A DNA stretch of 64,000 bases from Candidatus Uhrbacteria bacterium (GCA_016219925.1 JACRJU010000013.1:980-64979); one strand, 5' to 3'; counted from the first letter of the stretch, positions 29,152-38,823 are shown. The notes: a model not told the origin generated them from the sequence alone. Numbers and translations are program-made.

Positions 29152-30414
29152 ATGACTGAAGAGATTTTCACTGGATTGGATGTTGGTTCCCAAGCCGTCC
29201 GCGTCGCGGTCGGAAAGTTGGTGCCTTCGAGCAACGGTAAGGAGCAGATGCATATCATCGGCGCGGTTGAGATCCCTTCAAGTGGGATCAATAAAGGGAC
29301 GATCACCAACCTGGAAGACGCCGTGTCTTGTATTTCTCGCGCGCTTGAGCAAGCCGAGCGCATTACGGGGGTGCCGATCAATTCGGCTTGGGTGGGAATC
29401 AGTGGCGGGCATATCATTTCGCAGGAGTCTCGCGGCGTCATCGGGGTCGGAAGAAGTGATGGCGAGATTCGCGAAGAAGATGTCGAACGGGCCATTGAAG
29501 CGGCACGAACCGTAGCCACACCGACCAACTATGAAATTATCCATGTGATTCCTAAGAGTTTTATTGTTGATGGACAACGCGATGTGAAAGACCCGGTCGG
29601 CATGCACGGGATTCGGCTCGAGGTTGATGCGCTTATCATTCAAGGACTGGGATCACAGATTAAAAATCTCACCAAAGCGGTTTATCGCACTGGTCTGAAT
29701 ATTGAAGATTTGGTGTTTTCTATTCTTGCGACGGCTGAAGCGGTGGTTTCTGAACGACAAAAGGAGCTCGGGGTGTGCGTGGTGAACATTGGCGCATCCA
29801 CGACATCGCTTGTGGTCTATGAAGAAGGGGATGTGTTGCATACCGCCGTATTGCCGATGGGTTCGGATCATGTGACATCAGATATCGCGATCGGGCTTCG
29901 AACTTCCATTGATGTTGCCGAACAAGTGAAACTCCGGTTTGCAACGTGCGTTCCAGAAGAAATCACAAAGAAGGAAGAGTTAAATCTTGCGGAACTTGGA
30001 GCACCCGAAGATGAAATTGTCGGTCGGCGTTTTGTGGCTGATATTACAGAAGCCCGCGTACAAGAGATTTTCGAGCATGTTGATAAAGAACTTCAGAAAG
30101 TTGAGCGATCGGGAATGCTCCCCGCGGGAGTCATTTTGACCGGAGCCGGCGCCAAACTTTCGGGGATTTTGGAAGCGGCAAAGTCGACACTTCGGTTGCC
30201 GGTTTCGCTGGGGAGTGCCATCGGAGTGACTTCCGTGATTGATCGGGCCACGGATCCAGGTTTGAGTACGGCGATCGGTCTGGTGCTTTGGGGACATCAC
30301 ATCCGCGGGGCGGCTCATGGAGGGAGTATTGGCAAGGTTTTTCAGTCATTTGGCGGTGGAATGGAAAAAGTGACATCCGGTTTGAAAAAATTGTTGCGGT
30401 CGATCAAGCCGTAG
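29152..30414 (+). CDS. ftsA: cell division protein FtsA
   Basis: Actin-like ATPase. GLDVGSQAVRVAVGKL, IIGAVEIPSSGINKGTITN, NIGASTTSLVVYEEG. Immediately upstream of ftsZ. Confidence 0.9.
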   Translation: MTEEIFTGLDVGSQAVRVAVGKLVPSSNGKEQMHIIGAVEIPSSGINKGTITNLEDAVSCISRALEQAERITGVPINSAWVGISGGHIISQESRGVIGVGRSDGEIREEDVERAIEAARTVATPTNYEIIHVIPKSFIVDGQRDVKDPVGMHGIRLEVDALIIQGLGSQIKNLTKAVYRTGLNIEDLVFSILATAEAVVSERQKELGVCVVNIGASTTSLVVYEEGDVLHTAVLPMGSDHVTSDIAIGLRTSIDVAEQVKLRFATCVPEEITKKEELNLAELGAPEDEIVGRRFVADITEARVQEIFEHVDKELQKVERSGMLPAGVILTGAGAKLSGILEAAKSTLRLPVSLGSAIGVTSVIDRATDPGLSTAIGLVLWGHHIRGAAHGGSIGKVFQSFGGGMEKVTSGLKKLLRSIKP

Positions 30415-30438
30415 TGATTCAAAGATGCGTTTCATGAT

Positions 30439-30470
30439 GGGTGAGGCAGTTATGCACACCCTTTTTTTAT
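30439..30470 (+). terminator. rho-independent terminator after ftsA
   Basis: GGGTG-AGGCAGTTATG-CACCC hairpin followed by TTTTTTTATTTT. Confidence 0.5.
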
Positions 30471-30474
30471 TTTC

Positions 30475-30502
30475 TTGACATTCCTTTTCGCGGTGTTAAA
30501 GT
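30475..30502 (+). promoter_or_regulatory. sigma70-like promoter candidate upstream of ftsZ
   Basis: TTGACA at 30475-30480, a 16-nt spacer, then TAAAGT. Confidence 0.3.
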
Positions 30503-30563
30503 GTCACTGAATTTTTGTGCTCAAGATAGCAAAAATTGAATACATAAAGTGTTCAACAAATAT

Positions 30564-31820
30564 ATGGCGCAGGTGAAACCCGACATTGAAACATTTGCGA
30601 AGATCAAAGTTGTTGGTATTGGAGGAGGCGGAAGCGCGGCGATCAATCGCATGATCAGCGATAACATCAAAGGGGTGGAATTTATCGTCGTCAACACAGA
30701 TGTCCAAGCGCTCAATCAAAGTCTTTCGTCCAAAAAGATCGCGATTGGCAAAACCATTACGCGCGGACTGGGTGCAGGAATGAACCCGGAGGTTGGATCG
30801 CGCGCCGCTGAAGAAAATGCGAATGAAATCCGTGATGCGCTCAACGGCTCGGATATGGTTTTTCTCACCTGTGGGCTCGGAGGAGGAACGGGCACGGGCG
30901 CGATTCCCGAAGTCGCCAAACTGGCTAAAGATATCGGGGCGCTCACCGTGGCTGTGGTCACCAAACCATTCACGTTCGAAGGCGCACAACGTCGTCGCAT
31001 CGCAGACGAAGGGTTTGAACGACTCCTGCATCATGTGGATGCTATCATCACCATTCCCAATGACCGCGTGCTCCAGATTATTGATAAGAAGACATCGCTC
31101 ATGGAGGCTTTTAAGGTGGTTGACGACGTTTTGCGCCAGGGTGTGCAAGGGATTGCCGAGCTTATTACTGTTCCGGGACTCATCAACGTCGACTATGCGG
31201 ACGTCAAAGCCATCATGGAATCTTCGGGTTCGGCATTGATGGGGATCGGTCGAGCCACGGGGGAAAATCGCGCGATTGAAGCGGCAAAACAGGCTATCGC
31301 CAGTCCACTTCTCGAGCTTTCGATCGATGGGGCTAAAGGGATTCTTTTTACCATTTCTGGTGGCAGTGATTTGGGGATGCATGAAGTCGCTGAAGCGGCA
31401 AAAGTGATCACCAGTTCCGCCGATGAAGATGCGAAGGTTATTTTTGGAGCCAACATTGATGAAGACATGAATGAAGAAATTCGCATTACTGTTGTCGCCA
31501 CCGGTTTTGATTCGCGCGATCGGCGTGTGGCTTCTCCGGGTGCGGTTGAGGTCCAAGCGCAGGGAACCTGGGCGCCACATACCTTTTTGCGCGTGCGCGA
31601 GCGTGAAGAACAGCCAAGCTATCAATCCAAGCGGGCAACCTCTTTTTCTGCACCTCGAGCCACCACTCCTGAACCCACTCGCACCGAGACCGTTGTTCAT
31701 CGTCCTGAACCGAAACCAGAATCCAAACCGCCAATTAAAATGCCAACGAGTGTGAAGCCGCAAGTGACAGAAGAAGATGAGATCGAAATTCCCGCGTTTA
31801 TTCGAAAGAAGATGATGTAA
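30564..31820 (+). CDS. ftsZ: cell division protein FtsZ
   Basis: AKIKVVGIGGGGSAAINRM, GGGTGTGA tubulin signature. Pro-rich C-terminal linker and conserved C-terminal peptide (DEIEIPAFIRKK). ATG 30564 (MAQVKP) is preferred over the GTG at 30549. Confidence 0.92.
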   Translation: MAQVKPDIETFAKIKVVGIGGGGSAAINRMISDNIKGVEFIVVNTDVQALNQSLSSKKIAIGKTITRGLGAGMNPEVGSRAAEENANEIRDALNGSDMVFLTCGLGGGTGTGAIPEVAKLAKDIGALTVAVVTKPFTFEGAQRRRIADEGFERLLHHVDAIITIPNDRVLQIIDKKTSLMEAFKVVDDVLRQGVQGIAELITVPGLINVDYADVKAIMESSGSALMGIGRATGENRAIEAAKQAIASPLLELSIDGAKGILFTISGGSDLGMHEVAEAAKVITSSADEDAKVIFGANIDEDMNEEIRITVVATGFDSRDRRVASPGAVEVQAQGTWAPHTFLRVREREEQPSYQSKRATSFSAPRATTPEPTRTETVVHRPEPKPESKPPIKMPTSVKPQVTEEDEIEIPAFIRKKMM

Positions 31821-31835
31821 AGTCTGTGAGGCAAA

Positions 31836-31870
31836 AAGGAAGCGGATCGCTTTCTTTTTTCGTTTTTTTT
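31836..31870 (+). terminator. rho-independent terminator after ftsZ
   Basis: AAGGAAGCG-GAT-CGCTTTCTT hairpin followed by a long T-run. Confidence 0.5.
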
Positions 31871-31910
31871 CGCTACACTGCAACCATTATGATCGCTGGC
31901 CGATTTTTCT

Positions 31911-32411
31911 ATGCACTGTGCTGTTTGTAATCATCGTGATACCAAAGTGATTGATTCCCGTATCTCAAGCGATGGGGTGAGTGTTCGCCGTCGCCGAGAA
32001 TGCGAAAAATGTGAGTTTCGATTTTCAACGCTTGAGGAAATCGAACTGCTTGATCTTACGGTCGTCAAACGGGACGGCCGCCGGGAGAATTATTCTCGTG
32101 AGAAGCTTGTCCGCGGACTTGAGAAGGCCCTTGAAAAACGACCATACACGGATAACAGTTTTCAAAAATTGGTTCACAAAATCGAACGCGACATTCAAAA
32201 GAAGCGTCGCGGCCAGCTCACCTCGGCCGAATTGGGAGAGATCGTGATGAAACATCTGCGAGCGTTCGATAAGGTTGCCTATATCCGATTTGCGTCTGTC
32301 TATCGGTCGTTCGATGATGTGAAGACTTTTGAGGATGAACTGAAAAAATTGCTCGGTTCAAACAGCAAGGGTTCATCACCCTCGCACAAAACCAGAAAAA
32401 ATACTCTATGA
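31911..32411 (+). CDS. nrdR: transcriptional repressor NrdR
   Basis: N-terminal zinc ribbon (MHCAVCNHRDTKVIDSR...RRRECEKCEFRFSTLE) plus an ATP-cone. Confidence 0.9.
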   Translation: MHCAVCNHRDTKVIDSRISSDGVSVRRRRECEKCEFRFSTLEEIELLDLTVVKRDGRRENYSREKLVRGLEKALEKRPYTDNSFQKLVHKIERDIQKKRRGQLTSAELGEIVMKHLRAFDKVAYIRFASVYRSFDDVKTFEDELKKLLGSNSKGSSPSHKTRKNTL

Positions 32412-33568
32412 ATGAAGAGCGCCTTCAGACGCTATTTGTGGTCGGGCTTGCGCTTTCCGCGTTGGTTGGAGCTATCGCGGGAGCTTTTGCGGTCATGGTA
32501 TTTTCCCACGCTCCGTTTTTCAGCAATTCGCTCTCGTCAGCCAGTGATAAACGACTCGTTTCTTTGGTGGAAGAAGAAAGTGCGACGATTGATGTGGTAA
32601 ATCGTGTGGCGCCGGCCGTGGTCAGTATTGTCGTAAAACAAGAACGGGGGAAAGTGCGTTTTGAATCACTCCTTTTTGGATCATCGCCGGATGTTCATGA
32701 ACTTATAGAGGTCTCGAGTGGATCTGGATTCTTTGTGAGCGCGGACGGATATGTTCTCACCAATCGACATGTGGTTTCGGAAAAAGATGCAACTTTCTTT
32801 GTCGTGACCAACGACGGTAAAGAATTTCCCGCAACCCTCGTAGACACGGATCCTTTTTTGGATGTGGCGGTCCTGCATGTAGATGGCAACGAGTTTCCTA
32901 CAGCTGACTTAGGGGAGTCTAACGACGTGCGCATCGGCCAGACCGTAATCGCAATCGGGAATACGCTTTCAGAATTTCACAACACCGTGACCAAAGGGGT
33001 GATTTCGGGCATTAATCGTCGAGTAACAGCGGGTTCGGCCAATGCCGCAGATGTAATCGAACAAGCGATTCAAACAGACGCCGCTATCAACCCCGGGAAT
33101 TCCGGTGGGCCGCTCATCAATTTGCACGGGGAGATCATCGGCATCAATACGGCGGTGAGTGTGGAAGGAGAAGCCATCGCGTTTGCCATCCCGATCGATC
33201 AAGCTAAACGGGCAGTTGATGATGTGCGTGCTTTTGGCCGCATTGTTCGGCCGTGGCTCGGAGTGCGTTATGTTTTAGTGCAAGACGAAGAGGCTCAAGA
33301 CAAACGGCGGTATGATTTTGGCGCACTCATTGTGGCTGGCACGCGACCCAGCGAGCCCGGCGTTGTCCCCGGAAGTCCGGCACAGAAATCGGGCCTGAAA
33401 GAAAAAGATATCATTACCAAAATCGATGGGACTTCCATCAGCCAGGATCATTCACTTTCCGAATTGATCGCGAGCAAGCGGCCAGGCGATCACGTCGAAC
33501 TGGAATTGTTGCGTGATGGGGTCATTCAGCAAATTTCTGTTACCCTTGAAGAGTACGCCGCGCTTTAA
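32408..33568 (+). CDS. HtrA/DegP-family serine protease with PDZ domain (second copy)
   Basis: GSGFFVSADGYVLTNRHVV, DVAVLHV, GNSGGPLINLHGEIIGINTAV. PDZ GALIVAGTRPSEPGVVPGSPAQKSGL. 4-nt overlap with nrdR. Confidence 0.9.
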   Translation: MNEERLQTLFVVGLALSALVGAIAGAFAVMVFSHAPFFSNSLSSASDKRLVSLVEEESATIDVVNRVAPAVVSIVVKQERGKVRFESLLFGSSPDVHELIEVSSGSGFFVSADGYVLTNRHVVSEKDATFFVVTNDGKEFPATLVDTDPFLDVAVLHVDGNEFPTADLGESNDVRIGQTVIAIGNTLSEFHNTVTKGVISGINRRVTAGSANAADVIEQAIQTDAAINPGNSGGPLINLHGEIIGINTAVSVEGEAIAFAIPIDQAKRAVDDVRAFGRIVRPWLGVRYVLVQDEEAQDKRRYDFGALIVAGTRPSEPGVVPGSPAQKSGLKEKDIITKIDGTSISQDHSLSELIASKRPGDHVELELLRDGVIQQISVTLEEYAAL

Positions 33569-33577
33569 CCTTTCTTT

Positions 33578-34981
33578 ATGAGACGAACAAAAATCGTGTG
33601 CACGATTGGTCCTGCCAGTGCTTCACCGACAAAATTACACGCCTTGATGCGTGCTGGCATGGACGTTGCTCGATTGAATTTATCTCACGGCACACATCGA
33701 GACCATCACCGCATCCTGAAAACCATTCGCCAAACCGCGCGCGAGCTTGGCAAGCCAGTCGCCATCGTCGGAGATCTTCAAGGTCCAAAAATTCGTTTAG
33801 GCGAACTTCCTGCCGCTGGGGTTGCTTTGAAAGCCCACAGTTCCGTTGTCATCAATAGTGCCGCCACCACTTTTCAGAAAGGGGAGCTTCCGGTGACCTA
33901 TGCGAATTTGTTTAAAGATGTGAACGTAGGGGAGCGTTTGTTGATTGATGATGGTCTGCTTGAGCTCAAGATTACACGCGTTGCCAAAAAAAAAATTTAT
34001 GCAACGGTCGTGAACGGGGGAACGGTGACCTCGCATAAGGGCATGAACTTTCCCGACTCGCAACTTTCCCTCAGCTCGCTGACGAGCAAAGATCGGGAAG
34101 ATGTTGTGTTTGCCGTGGGACAAGGAGTGGATTGGGTGGCGTTGTCGTTTGTGAAATCTGTGGCGGATGTGAAGCTTTTGCGCCGGCTCATTGCGAAAGC
34201 AAGCAAACCTGGAATGATAAAACCTCTCATCATCGTGAAAATCGAAAAGCATGAGGCGGTCGCAAATTTTGATGCGATTTTGGAAGAGGCCGATGGGGTG
34301 ATGGTTGCGCGCGGTGACTTGGGCATCGAGGTGCCTGCCCAAGAAGTTCCCGTGATTCAAAAGACATTCGTGGAGAAATGTCGCAAAGCCGGCAAACCGG
34401 TTATCGTGGCAACCCAGATGCTTGATTCCATGATCCGCAATCCGCGTCCGACGCGTGCGGAAGTTTCCGATGTGGCCAATGCGGTTTTTGATCACACCGA
34501 TGCGGTGATGCTCTCCGGCGAGACGGCTTCGGGAAAGTATCCGGTGCAGGCGGTAAAAATGATGGCCTCCATTGTGCAGGAAGCCGAGCGCTCCGTATTT
34601 GATGACGTGACTTTTTTTGAGTCCTCAACAACTGATGCGGTTGCGGCACTATCCCAACAACTGAAACTCGCGGCCGTTCAGGGGTCCATCGAGGCGGTTG
34701 TGGCTTCTTTGGAATTGGCCTCTTGGGCACCGACGATTCATCGAGAGCATCCGGAGATCCCCTTGTTTCTCGCGTGCTCTTCACAAGAGGAGGCGCGGCA
34801 AAATGTTTTGCGATGGGGCGTCCAACCGTTAGTTCTCAAAAACGCTCGCGAGCAAACGTTTGCTCGACGAGCGTTCTCATGGCTCCTGAAGGAGCATCTG
34901 TTAAAGTCACACGCACACGTCGCTCTCGTGTTGGGCGGCAGACATGGCAAAGCGTTTGATGTCGTGGAGGCTAAGGGTTGA
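33578..34981 (+). CDS. pyk: pyruvate kinase
   Basis: MRRTKIVCTIGPAS...ARLNLSHGTH...MVARGDLGIEVP signature motifs. 467 aa. Confidence 0.92.
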   Translation: MRRTKIVCTIGPASASPTKLHALMRAGMDVARLNLSHGTHRDHHRILKTIRQTARELGKPVAIVGDLQGPKIRLGELPAAGVALKAHSSVVINSAATTFQKGELPVTYANLFKDVNVGERLLIDDGLLELKITRVAKKKIYATVVNGGTVTSHKGMNFPDSQLSLSSLTSKDREDVVFAVGQGVDWVALSFVKSVADVKLLRRLIAKASKPGMIKPLIIVKIEKHEAVANFDAILEEADGVMVARGDLGIEVPAQEVPVIQKTFVEKCRKAGKPVIVATQMLDSMIRNPRPTRAEVSDVANAVFDHTDAVMLSGETASGKYPVQAVKMMASIVQEAERSVFDDVTFFESSTTDAVAALSQQLKLAAVQGSIEAVVASLELASWAPTIHREHPEIPLFLACSSQEEARQNVLRWGVQPLVLKNAREQTFARRAFSWLLKEHLLKSHAHVALVLGGRHGKAFDVVEAKG

Positions 34982-35690
34982 GAAGTTTGGCAAAAAGACG
35001 CCTGGACGTAACCCTCTGGACGAGCGTCATGATTATTTCGTCAGATTTTGGGACGTGGACGACACGTTCGATAATAAACGTGTTTTTTTCGTCAGCGCTA
35101 TAGAGGCTGTTGTCCGATTTGATGAGACTCACATCGTTTAGGATGATGCTGTTTTGCCAGTCTTCAACTTCAGTAGCTTTTTTTAATTCAGCCGCGGTGT
35201 CGACGATCTGCCAGAAGGGTTTATCGGTTCGATAAGTTGTTTCTTCACTTGGCATAAGCCACGTTCGACAAGGTTGATCCAAGCAGGCCTGCACGGTCAT
35301 GGTGTATTTTGTGTCGGACTTCAGATCGGAAAGATCGAGACTTGTTCGATCATGTTCACCGGATTCTATGCGCGTCCATCTCGTGCGAGGGTCGGTGATT
35401 GTGATGAGGAAGTGGTGATACGTTTGAGTCGGGGGTTGCCAGGTGAGGCGGATGTAGGTTGAGGATCCATGCGTTTCCCCAGCGATGTCCGTTGGGTTAA
35501 ATGGGCCGCTTATGAGCTGGCCGTCCCAGATACTTGTGGCGTCGCGATAGAGCGCGGTATGGATTTTATCTGCGAGCAAGGCCGACTGTTTTTCCGCGGT
35601 GCGTTTTGCGTTGAGTACGACAACGGTTGTTGTTAAAGCTCCGGCCAGCAGGACCATGGTGGCGATCAAGATGAAGGTTTTGTAGGTCAT
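34971..35690 (-). CDS. membrane-anchored hypothetical protein with an FN3-like ectodomain
   Basis: ATG at 35688-35690 (MTYKTFILIATMVLLAGAL). The track ORF is extended upstream across the tRNA region. LTWQPPTQTYHHFLITITD...TKYTMTVQAC is fibronectin-III-like. Overlaps the pyk 3' end by 11 nt. Confidence 0.6.
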   Translation of the reverse strand: MTYKTFILIATMVLLAGALTTTVVVLNAKRTAEKQSALLADKIHTALYRDATSIWDGQLISGPFNPTDIAGETHGSSTYIRLTWQPPTQTYHHFLITITDPRTRWTRIESGEHDRTSLDLSDLKSDTKYTMTVQACLDQPCRTWLMPSEETTYRTDKPFWQIVDTAAELKKATEVEDWQNSIILNDVSLIKSDNSLYSADEKNTFIIERVVHVPKSDEIIMTLVQRVTSRRLFAKLLNP

Positions 35691-35864
35691 AGCACCCAAA
35701 TGGTAGCAAACCCTGGGATGGTTGCAAGTCAAAAAAGGGTATGTTAATATTCCGGCGTTCTCTGGATATGGCCGTACAGAAGAACGAGTGGTCATATCCT
35801 GTTCGTTCGCTCGGGAATGGATCAAACCCCGAAGGGGTTGACCCATTCCACTCATTTCACTCAC

Positions 35865-35942
35865 GGATCGGTGGTGTAGCCCGGTTAACACGTCTCCCTG
35901 TCACGGAGAAGATCGCGGGTTCGAATCCCGTCCGGTCCGCCA
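35865..35942 (+). tRNA. tRNA-Asp (anticodon GTC), with encoded CCA
   Basis: Manual cloverleaf. Acceptor GGATCGG/CCGGTCC with one G-U. D-stem GTGT/ACAC. Anticodon stem TCTCC/GGAGA with loop CTGTCAC. T-arm GCGGG-TTCGAAT-CCCGT. Confidence 0.85.
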
Positions 35943-35948
35943 GAAAGT

Positions 35949-35980
35949 CGCTTCTGCAGACGCAGAGGCGTTTTTCTTTT
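35949..35980 (+). terminator. rho-independent terminator after tRNA-Asp
   Basis: CGCTTCTGC-AGAC-GCAGAGGCG stem followed by TTTTTCTTTT. Confidence 0.55.
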
Positions 35981-36017
35981 TATCTTCGCCGAATTCTGGA
36001 GTTCCAACTGATTTTCA

Positions 36018-36707
36018 TTAAAGAAACCTCTTTAATTCATCTTTTACCTCTTTTGAATACGAAGAATAGTTTTTGAAGTAATCGATTTGTGAATAGAGAT
36101 ATTCTAAAGGATCGCCGCAATCAAGATAATGCCCATCTAGAATTATAGTTGCCAGAAGACCAGTGTCCTCCTTCATAATATTTATGATGTCTGTAAGCCA
36201 AAGTTCACCATGTAGTCCTGGGACTGTTTTATCAAGTGCATCGAATACAGATGGCAACAGAACATAAGCACCATGTGTAGCAAAAGATGACGGCTCTTCA
36301 CCGAACTTTGGTTTTTCGACAATGCGAACGATCTCCTTTACGTTTTCTTCTCCGTTTATATCCTTAAATTCTGCCATTCCGTACCTGCTACGTTTTGTAG
36401 GATCTTTAATTTCTATAGCAGAAATAACTGGTTTTTTATATTTTTCAAATGTCTCTAAGCATTGCTGAATTCGAGGTTTATATTTTGAGATGATAATTTC
36501 GTCAGACCAGACAAGAACGAACGGCTCATCGGAAACGAGATGTCTCGCTGCTTCAAGCGCTCCTCCATTTCCATACGGTGGTTTAGTGTACACAAAACTA
36601 AAATTCGCCATCTCTGTAATACGCTTCAACTCAGTAACCTGGTCTTTTTTTCCAAGCTTCAGAAAGTAATCCTCAAGAATTTCATTTGGGGAGAAAAAAC
36701 TTTCTGC
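36018..36707 (-). pseudogene. 5'-truncated UTP-glucose-1-phosphate uridylyltransferase-like (GalU-type sugar nucleotidyltransferase) gene remnant
   Basis: Open frame ...ILEDYFLKLGKKDQVTELKRITEMANFSFVYTKPPYGNGGALEAARHLVSDEPFVLVWSDEII...IVEKPKFGEEPSSFATHGAYVL matches the central and C-terminal GalU motifs. The N-terminal GxGTRxLPxTK nucleotide-binding segment is absent. The frame is closed by a TGA at 36708-36710. Confidence 0.6.
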
Positions 36708-37120
36708 TCAGGAACAAAATGATGGATATTATATTTTTGAGCAAGTTCCCCATTTTTTTCTTGAAATTTAGGATCTGATCCGTCAAGAAAATAAATATCT
36801 TTCTTAGGATAATCTAAAGAGAAAAGACAAATAAATGTTGCTTCAAGGACACCGAGCGGTTCATTGCGTGCTGGCACTAAAACCGTGACATCGGGCAAGT
36901 TTTTTGTATCAAGTTTTACGCGTCGATAACGATTTGCATTTGGCTTTCCTAGTCGAATAATGCTAGTCAAAAATCCAAATGACTGTAGAATTGCGTGTCC
37001 TTCAGCAAAAAGTAGTAACAACCCAAAAAATACGTTTAAGATGCCTATGCTTTGTGAAGCATAGGTGTAAACACGAAATCCAAAATAGACTATTAGACTT
37101 CCTAACGCTAAACTCGCCAA
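36659..37120 (-). pseudogene. 3'-truncated family-2 glycosyltransferase (cellulose-synthase-like) N-terminal fragment
   Basis: Two or three N-terminal TM helices, then VTVLVPARNEPLGVLEATFICLFSLDYPKKDIYFLDGSDPKF (GT2 start). It stops after 153 aa, before the DxD and QxxRW motifs. It is one frame away from the galU-like fragment at an A6 run (36694-36699). Confidence 0.55.
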
Positions 37121-37304
37121 GTGTGTGTGTGTTGTCTCACATTCAACAATTCTATTGTGAAATTATATCATAAACGTGCGTCATTGGCTTTAGGTTTAAG
37201 TGATTTTCCCGGGGTTGGCGACGCAACAAAACTTAAATCTAAACCACCTCGTTGGGCTTTTCTACTCTGAAATAGGTTCCGACCCCTTCCACAACGTCCC
37301 GCCA

Positions 37305-37337
37305 GAAAAACAACCTGATTTCATCAGGTTGTTTTTT
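37305..37337 (-). terminator. bidirectional rho-independent terminator, serving the minus-strand gene 37435-37866
   Basis: AAAAA-CAACCTGAT-TTC-ATCAGGTTG-TTTTTTT: a perfect 9-bp stem flanked by an A-run and a T-run. Confidence 0.6.
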
Positions 37338-37434
37338 TACCCACGAATGCAAGGACGGAGTTCGAACTCCAGAGAGTTCGGAGGGTCGTTCCCCAAACTT
37401 TTAGGACGGAGGGGGAACCGCAAGAACAAAAATT

Positions 37435-37866
37435 TTAAAAATTCGGTTTTGATCTCATTTCTTTTTGTCGCTGTTGTAAACGTGAGAAACGTTCTTGAGC
37501 TTCCTGAACATTTTTCGTATTCATAAATTCTTTTGGAACACCAAATGCATCACAAATTCTTTGCCCGAATTTTGGTCCTTTATCCATCGTCCAATTTTCT
37601 ATTCCCTGTTTTACAACTTCCTCTATATCTCTGTTTGGAACGCGAAATAAATCTCTTATTTTGATTGCGGTTTCAAAATTATCACTTGAACGAGAGTCAA
37701 GAAGATGTTGTGTAATCCCACCGATAGCGGCATCTCTGACCTCATTATTATCCAGAATTTCAGACGGAATTGGACCGTCTCCAAGAGTTTTTAGGACTTC
37801 TTCCAAAAAACCGAATCGTAAATCTTCAACGATATCGTTGACCAATTTTTGAGTTTGTGGGTTCAT
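37435..37866 (-). CDS. hypothetical protein (143 aa) in an AT-rich island
   Basis: Clean ORF with a downstream terminator. No recognisable domain. The region is about 38 % GC against a roughly 50 % flank. Confidence 0.5.
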   Translation of the reverse strand: MNPQTQKLVNDIVEDLRFGFLEEVLKTLGDGPIPSEILDNNEVRDAAIGGITQHLLDSRSSDNFETAIKIRDLFRVPNRDIEEVVKQGIENWTMDKGPKFGQRICDAFGVPKEFMNTKNVQEAQERFSRLQQRQKEMRSKPNF

Positions 37867-37890
37867 AAATTTACGTTCGCTCCTTATTTT

Positions 37891-38607
37891 TTACACAGGT
37901 ATCCCCACCGCCTTTTTTAGTTCGTTCACTTCGGAATCGGTGAGAGAGCGCCATTTGCCGGCAGGATAGGTGGAGGGCATTTTGAGCGTGAGAATGCGCG
38001 TGCGTTTGAGTGAGACCACGCGGTATCCGAGAGCTTCGCACATGCGGCGAATCTGACGGTTGCGTCCTTCGCGCAAGATAATCGCGAAGCGTTTGGTATC
38101 CATCTGCCGCACCTTGGCCGGAAGCGTCATGCCGTCCTTAAGCCCCATGCCGTTTTGCCACTGCTTGATATCTTTTGATAGAAGCGACCGATCTACTTCG
38201 ACCACATACTCTTTATCGTGCTCATAACGCGGGTGCATGAGTCGGTTTGAAAGGGTCCCATCGTTGGTCAACAAGAGAAGCCCTTCGCTTTGGACATCCA
38301 ATCGGCCAACGGGGAAAACTCGTTCTTCCAGATCGATCAGATCCATCACGTTGTCTTTTTTGTGCCGGTCCGAAGTGACGATCACCCCGACCGGCTTGTT
38401 GAGCAAGAGGTAAATTTTTTTGGGTTGGATCTTTTTGGCGCGGCCTTCCACGCGCACCGTATCGCTCTCGCTAACCTTGTCACCAAGCTTGGCGCGTTTG
38501 TCATTGATAAAAACCCGCCCGGACTCAATGAGTCGGTCGGCTTCTCGTCGTGAACAATAACCTTGTTCAGAGAGATACTTGTTGATGCGGACAGGAAGAT
38601 TTTTCAT
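37891..38607 (-). CDS. pseudouridine synthase, RsuA/RluB family (S4 plus catalytic domain)
   Basis: S4 RNA-binding N-terminus (RINKYLSEQGYCSRREADRLIESGRVFIN). Catalytic-Asp motif FPVGRLDVQSEGLLLLTNDG. Confidence 0.88.
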   Translation of the reverse strand: MKNLPVRINKYLSEQGYCSRREADRLIESGRVFINDKRAKLGDKVSESDTVRVEGRAKKIQPKKIYLLLNKPVGVIVTSDRHKKDNVMDLIDLEERVFPVGRLDVQSEGLLLLTNDGTLSNRLMHPRYEHDKEYVVEVDRSLLSKDIKQWQNGMGLKDGMTLPAKVRQMDTKRFAIILREGRNRQIRRMCEALGYRVVSLKRTRILTLKMPSTYPAGKWRSLTDSEVNELKKAVGIPV

Positions 38608-38823
38608 AAGTCACTTTTAGAATATCCAAAACCGGCTATCCGCACAAGAATCAGAAAAGAAAAAGAGACGGCCGACTGGAGAACCAGTGCGACCGTCTTG
38701 AAGCCGTAGAAGCCAACTACGGCGAGGGGAGGCGGCAAGGGCTTTCCCATTCCAGCCACCATCCTCCAGGAACGGAGCCTCCACCGGTGCCCGCTGGCAA
38801 AGCGGACTTTTTGCCCGATGGAG

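Noticed and set aside
35741-36076. 111-aa plus-strand ORF
   Set aside because: It runs straight through tRNA-Asp and its terminator.
36611-36707. Reading the GT2 fragment and the galU-like fragment as one functional fusion protein via a +1 shift at the A6 run
   Set aside because: Even if fused, the product would lack the GT2 catalytic DxD/QxxRW region and the GalU N-terminal NTP-binding motif. It is therefore annotated as two remnants rather than a bifunctional enzyme.
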